IMG/VR virus record: IMGVR_UViG_3300021962_000041 | Coordinates: 1-64,000 of that record | Strand: one strand, 5' to 3' | DNA: 64,000 nucleotides | Source: a virus | Shown here: positions 60,568 to 64,000 of the stretch, piece after piece | Layout of the letters: every line of letters starts with the position of its first letter | Position numbering within the stretch: position 1 is the first letter of the stretch | The notes under the pieces: model-generated | Seen by the model: only the letters and a program-made list of their open reading frames with translations | Database searches by the model: none | Told to the model about the DNA's origin: nothing | Translations under genes and position numbers: made by a program

Positions 60568-61529
60568 AGACGGGGATCTGAGAACTTACTTGAAATCTTG
60601 ACTGCATCAGCAATAGTTTCTTTGCCAATGCGATAAGCAGAGGCAAAGTTTTGTGCTTCACAATATTCTGCATATTTTTCTAGAATAAAGTATAGCACAT
60701 AACGATTAGATTTCCTATCAGTAAATGGTTTCACCAAACCATCTTGTGAGATAACCATAGGAAGAACTTTAGTCACATAATCATAAAACTTTAGTTTTTT
60801 TCCATTTGTGAGAGTGTCAATAAATTCTTGAAGTAGAACCATTGAACGAAGTGTAGTACCATTTACGTGTTCGGCATTGGGAAATAATTTTTTCCAGAGT
60901 CTAAACCCCTTCAAAATTTTATCAAAATTGTCACTGCTATAATCAACAGTCATAAACCAAAATTGATAAAATCCTTTTAATTCCAGTGCATCGTCTTCAG
61001 TAGAACCAAAAGATCCATCCACAATAAGATTCAAAGATAAAAGAACTTCCTGAACCCAAATTGCTTCTGGTTCTTTCCAAATAACACCTGCACGAATTTC
61101 TTCCAGTTTTGAAAGTTTTTTCCTGAAAGTATTGAGTTCGGTAAAGACCTTTGCTTCTGCCTCTTCACATTGTTGAAGATCATAATTTTCAGGGTGCCTA
61201 ATAATACAGCACATATATGGATCTTCAACTTCACTTTGAAGATACTTGATTCCTTTATGTTGTCCATCAATGATTCTTGAACCACGTTCCGATTCAGGCA
61301 GAGAATCTGGACGAATGGCAATCACCATCGGAAGAAGTAGTGACCAATTCATTTGTCCCTGCTTTTTTAACGAAGATGCAGAGATCAATCTTTGGTATTT
61401 TTCGTCTGGTATAAGTGACAGCACCTCAGTGCGTGTTAATTCTTTATATTCTAACTTGGCACCTATCGCACCAATTGGTACGTTCAAATAGGAGAATTTT
61501 TGGGCAAGTTGCCCTAAAGTGCTAGACAT
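60564..61529 (-). CDS. ParB/Srx-like (DGQH motif) protein (321 aa)
   Basis: YQR, IIDGQHK, EAKVFTELN. Confidence 0.6.
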   Translation of the reverse strand: MSSTLGQLAQKFSYLNVPIGAIGAKLEYKELTRTEVLSLIPDEKYQRLISASSLKKQGQMNWSLLLPMVIAIRPDSLPESERGSRIIDGQHKGIKYLQSEVEDPYMCCIIRHPENYDLQQCEEAEAKVFTELNTFRKKLSKLEEIRAGVIWKEPEAIWVQEVLLSLNLIVDGSFGSTEDDALELKGFYQFWFMTVDYSSDNFDKILKGFRLWKKLFPNAEHVNGTTLRSMVLLQEFIDTLTNGKKLKFYDYVTKVLPMVISQDGLVKPFTDRKSNRYVLYFILEKYAEYCEAQNFASAYRIGKETIADAVKISSKFSDPRL

Positions 61530-61587
61530 AATCGATGCCTCCTTGGCATAGTTTTGTGTTTGTATGCACTACTTTGTGCATACAGAT

Positions 61588-61617
61588 ATTATATATGAAA
61601 TTTTTCCTATTTGTCAA
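61588..61617 (-). promoter_or_regulatory. Sigma70 promoter TTGACA-N18-TATAAT
   Basis: Consensus hexamers upstream of the ParB-like and MTase genes. Confidence 0.75.
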
Positions 61618-62321
61618 GCAGGAACAACATCATATGGCAGGTTTTCCTGCAGGAAGGGATACAATCCCTTAGAACGCACACCATGATTCATAGAACCACA
61701 GTGCTTGCCACCACGAACCTCAAGATAAAAGATCTCTTTGTCTTCTGCACGAACAACAACCTTAGCACCCTTTGTCACATACACTTCGTAGTCTGAATTG
61801 ACATACAGATTGATAACATCTTTCATATCATAGACCAAAGCATCAGAAGTGTTGCTCTTCAGTACAACCAACTTGTTAGCATCATAGTTATCGGTAAAGA
61901 CTTTCTCCAGAACCACACGGAAATTGTCTTTATTCCGCAACCATTCGGCAGCATTCAATGCACCAGCATAAAATGCATCAAACAGGTTAGTATCAATCAT
62001 GTTCTTGTTGTCACGCTTGAATGATTTGTGAGCGTGAGCAGCAAATTGATACTGATAAAGAGGATTATTGGTGCCATAAACAAGCGCAGAACGCTCAAGT
62101 CTAGAGAGCAAAAGTTGAATATTATTCGCAGCGCCCTTGACAGAATAACGATTATCTTCACAGATAACATCAGGTTTCTGTGTGCCACGGACAACATATT
62201 CAATGCTGCCAAGACGTTCTGCAAAGACTTCTTCTTTTTTATGTCCACGCTTTTTCACATGGGATGCAACCTCATGCGTGGGAGCGTGGCGGGAACCATC
62301 GTAACCTTGAATGATTGTCAT
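61614..62321 (-). CDS. PD-(D/E)xK-like nuclease, restriction-endonuclease-like (235 aa)
   Basis: G..KEE, KPDV...YSVK...IQ spacing typical of type II REases. Confidence 0.5.
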   Translation of the reverse strand: MTIIQGYDGSRHAPTHEVASHVKKRGHKKEEVFAERLGSIEYVVRGTQKPDVICEDNRYSVKGAANNIQLLLSRLERSALVYGTNNPLYQYQFAAHAHKSFKRDNKNMIDTNLFDAFYAGALNAAEWLRNKDNFRVVLEKVFTDNYDANKLVVLKSNTSDALVYDMKDVINLYVNSDYEVYVTKGAKVVVRAEDKEIFYLEVRGGKHCGSMNHGVRSKGLYPFLQENLPYDVVPA

Positions 62322-62356
62322 AGTAAGTACGGATTCGTAACTTTGTTTACCTTGTT

Positions 62357-62415
62357 ATTATACTGCCTGCATCAGACGATTGGGGAAGCAATGTGACACT
62401 TGTTGAACTGGCACA
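62357..62415 (-). promoter_or_regulatory. Early promoter module 11
   Basis: TATAAT 62357-62; palindrome 62392-415; gap 29. Confidence 0.8.
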
Positions 62416-62834
62416 TTCAATTCGTCAAACAAATACTCCAGATATAGTGTTTCTTCTTGCTCCCGTGCCTCTATTTCGTGTGCTTGATGCCAATAGTCCA
62501 CATTTTCCATGCATTCTTTACCATAATACATTTTTCCGCTTCGCAACCGCAGTGAACCGACTACCCACTGCCGTAGATGGGTCAGTTCATGTAAAAGAGT
62601 TTTTATATACAACTCCTCCTCCATATGGGTGTTCAGTTCAATCAGGAAGTGACGGGGGCGATAGGTTTCACCCACAACGTCACAATACCCATAGACACAC
62701 TCACGATTCAGACCACGATGCACAATATCCACCGTGATCTTGTGGCGGGGAAAGAACTTATTCAGAAACCAAGTGGTAACATCCTCGCAGACCCGCTTGC
62801 GATAACCATATCCAGAATGCGTGATGTAAGACAT
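62358..62834 (-). CDS. Zincin-like metallopeptidase (HExxH)
   Basis: TLLHELTHLRQ, HEIEA. Confidence 0.75.
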   Translation of the reverse strand: MSYITHSGYGYRKRVCEDVTTWFLNKFFPRHKITVDIVHRGLNRECVYGYCDVVGETYRPRHFLIELNTHMEEELYIKTLLHELTHLRQWVVGSLRLRSGKMYYGKECMENVDYWHQAHEIEAREQEETLYLEYLFDELNVPVQQVSHCFPNRLMQAV

Positions 62835-62896
62835 TGACCCCAGTGCAGAAACCAAATGAACGAAGAAACAAACAGGAGTTTTTCTTTAGTAGTCAT
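62762..62896 (-). CDS. Small hydrophobic protein (44 aa)
   Basis: Not in track. MTTKEKLLFVSSFIWFLHWG... Confidence 0.5.
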   Translation of the reverse strand: MTTKEKLLFVSSFIWFLHWGQCLTSRILDMVIASGSARMLPLGF

Positions 62897-62898
62897 GA

Positions 62899-63354
62899 TC
62901 AGCGAGCGTACAAATAACCACCTGCCCAATCAGCATTCTCAAGCAACCATTCACGATCACAGATCAGGCGCAGATCGTAGCGAACACCCTTCGCAGGAGA
63001 CTTCCAAGATGCAGACTTATACACTTGACCAGTCTTTTTATCTACAAAAGCATGGACAGAGCGGGAACCATTAGCAACCATAATGATTTTGTGGTACTTA
63101 CGACCTGTTTCAGGATAGAACTCATAACCACAATTGCCGTTCTTCAGGTCTTGAATGCAATCCTTGTGATAGGCAATACCAGTTTCAGTGTTGCCTTCCA
63201 GGCGCTTCAGAGCACTTTCGTGCATCTTGATGCTGTAATCAATGAAGTTCTGGCGGAGTGCCTCACAAAGGGCATAGGTGTGCCCCAGAACTGCCTCTGC
63301 GATGTTCTTCCGTGCCTCTGCTTGGGCGGAATACTCAGCGAAGGTGGTCGTCAT
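62899..63354 (-). CDS. Conserved early protein (151 aa)
   Basis: GRKYHKI, SVHAFVDKKTG.VYKSASWKSPAKGVRY. Confidence 0.8.
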   Translation of the reverse strand: MTTTFAEYSAQAEARKNIAEAVLGHTYALCEALRQNFIDYSIKMHESALKRLEGNTETGIAYHKDCIQDLKNGNCGYEFYPETGRKYHKIIMVANGSRSVHAFVDKKTGQVYKSASWKSPAKGVRYDLRLICDREWLLENADWAGGYLYAR

Positions 63355-63375
63355 TGCTTGGTTGCGTATGTGCTT

Positions 63376-63435
63376 ATTATAGCGGCACCTAGGCACCGCT
63401 GGGAGGGTCAGTATGCCAGTTCAGAATCTGGCACC
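63376..63435 (-). promoter_or_regulatory. Early promoter module 12
   Basis: TATAAT 63376-81; palindrome 63412-35; gap 30. Confidence 0.75.
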
Positions 63436-63533
63436 CAGTAGTCGTCAGACTCCAGGTATCCCATCCAATCTTTAGGATCGGAATCATACAGGGCAATTTC
63501 CCGCAGTTCATCAATCAGTTCAGACAGATCCAT
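63408..63533 (-). CDS. Acidic micro-protein (41 aa)
   Basis: Not in track. MDLSELIDELREIALYDSDPKDWMGYLESDDYWVPDSELAY; TATAAT at ~63558. Confidence 0.6.
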   Translation of the reverse strand: MDLSELIDELREIALYDSDPKDWMGYLESDDYWVPDSELAY

Positions 63534-63568
63534 GAGAAGTTCCTCAACTACTTGATTATTATAGCAGA

Positions 63569-63982
63569 TCAAACTGCTAATGCGCCAGAGGGGATTTCAA
63601 CAACTTCAGGAAGTTTTTCCACAAATGTATTCATGTTGTAGCATACCCATTCACCATTGCGGAAGATATAGTGATACTCTTCACCATTATCAGGGAGAAG
63701 ATACTCACACAGGTCAGCATCAAGACGAGGAGGGCATTCATCACCACGCTGAGAATAGTATTGAGGACCATAAACACCCTTCACATCAGTATCATCCCAA
63801 CGTTCATCAGTCCAGCAGCAGGACATATCACCACCATCAATCAGTTCGGCAGCAAGAGAACGAGAGTTGTAATGCGTGGTCAGAATGCGACCCAACCACT
63901 CAGGGTAACCATCCCAGTGGTGATACACAGAAAGCACAGAACCATCTTTGAGTTCAATACCAATGCGAGAGCGGGTTGCCAT
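63569..63982 (-). CDS. Conserved early protein (137 aa)
   Basis: MATRSRIGI, SVYHHWDGYPEWLG, LIDGGDMS, EEYHY. Confidence 0.8.
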   Translation of the reverse strand: MATRSRIGIELKDGSVLSVYHHWDGYPEWLGRILTTHYNSRSLAAELIDGGDMSCCWTDERWDDTDVKGVYGPQYYSQRGDECPPRLDADLCEYLLPDNGEEYHYIFRNGEWVCYNMNTFVEKLPEVVEIPSGALAV

Positions 63983-64000
63983 TGGGGCGTCTGTCGATTA

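Noticed and set aside
48042-63435. Palindromes as CRP/NtcA sites or terminators
   Set aside because: Spacing differs from TGTGA-N6-TCACA and GTA-N8-TAC; arms are often mismatched, lack T-tails and keep a fixed distance to -10
47608-64000. tRNA genes
   Set aside because: No cloverleaf with T-loop GTTCRA and acceptor stem found by eye; tRNAscan-SE not run

Overview
This 64 kb window is part of a T4-like cyanomyovirus genome (Kyanoviridae-type; host assignment inferred from gene content). Almost all genes are on the minus strand. Bases 1-45.2 kb are the AT-rich morphogenesis block. In coordinate order it holds uvsW (partial), uvsY, g3, g23, g22, g21, g20, g19, g18, g17, three insert genes, g16, g15, g14, g13, small genes including an NblA-like ORF, a VrlC-like virion protein, g8, a ~4580-aa g7 broken by a 1-bp frameshift, g6 and g25. 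These are driven by T4 late-type (T)ATAAATA/CTAAATA promoters. Bases 45.2-47.6 kb hold conserved small cyanophage genes, speD and a GT-A-like protein. Bases 47.7-64 kb are a GC-richer early/accessory region of many tiny ORFs in cassettes. Twelve cassettes share one promoter layout: a 24-bp palindrome TGTGCCASTT-N4-AASTGGCACA 29-30 bp upstream of a -10 hexamer, with no -35. This region also contains an 8-copy iteron-like CTCGTCGAGAT array with back-to-back sigma70 promoters and an AT-rich tract (candidate origin or switch), a free-standing GIY-YIG endonuclease, a late-promoter gp38-like adhesin island, an RlpA-like gene, a ligase-like nucleotidyltransferase, and a nuclease / ParB-like / adenine methyltransferase cassette. 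No tRNA, rRNA or CRISPR was seen. All family calls are from motif recognition by eye; no searches were run.
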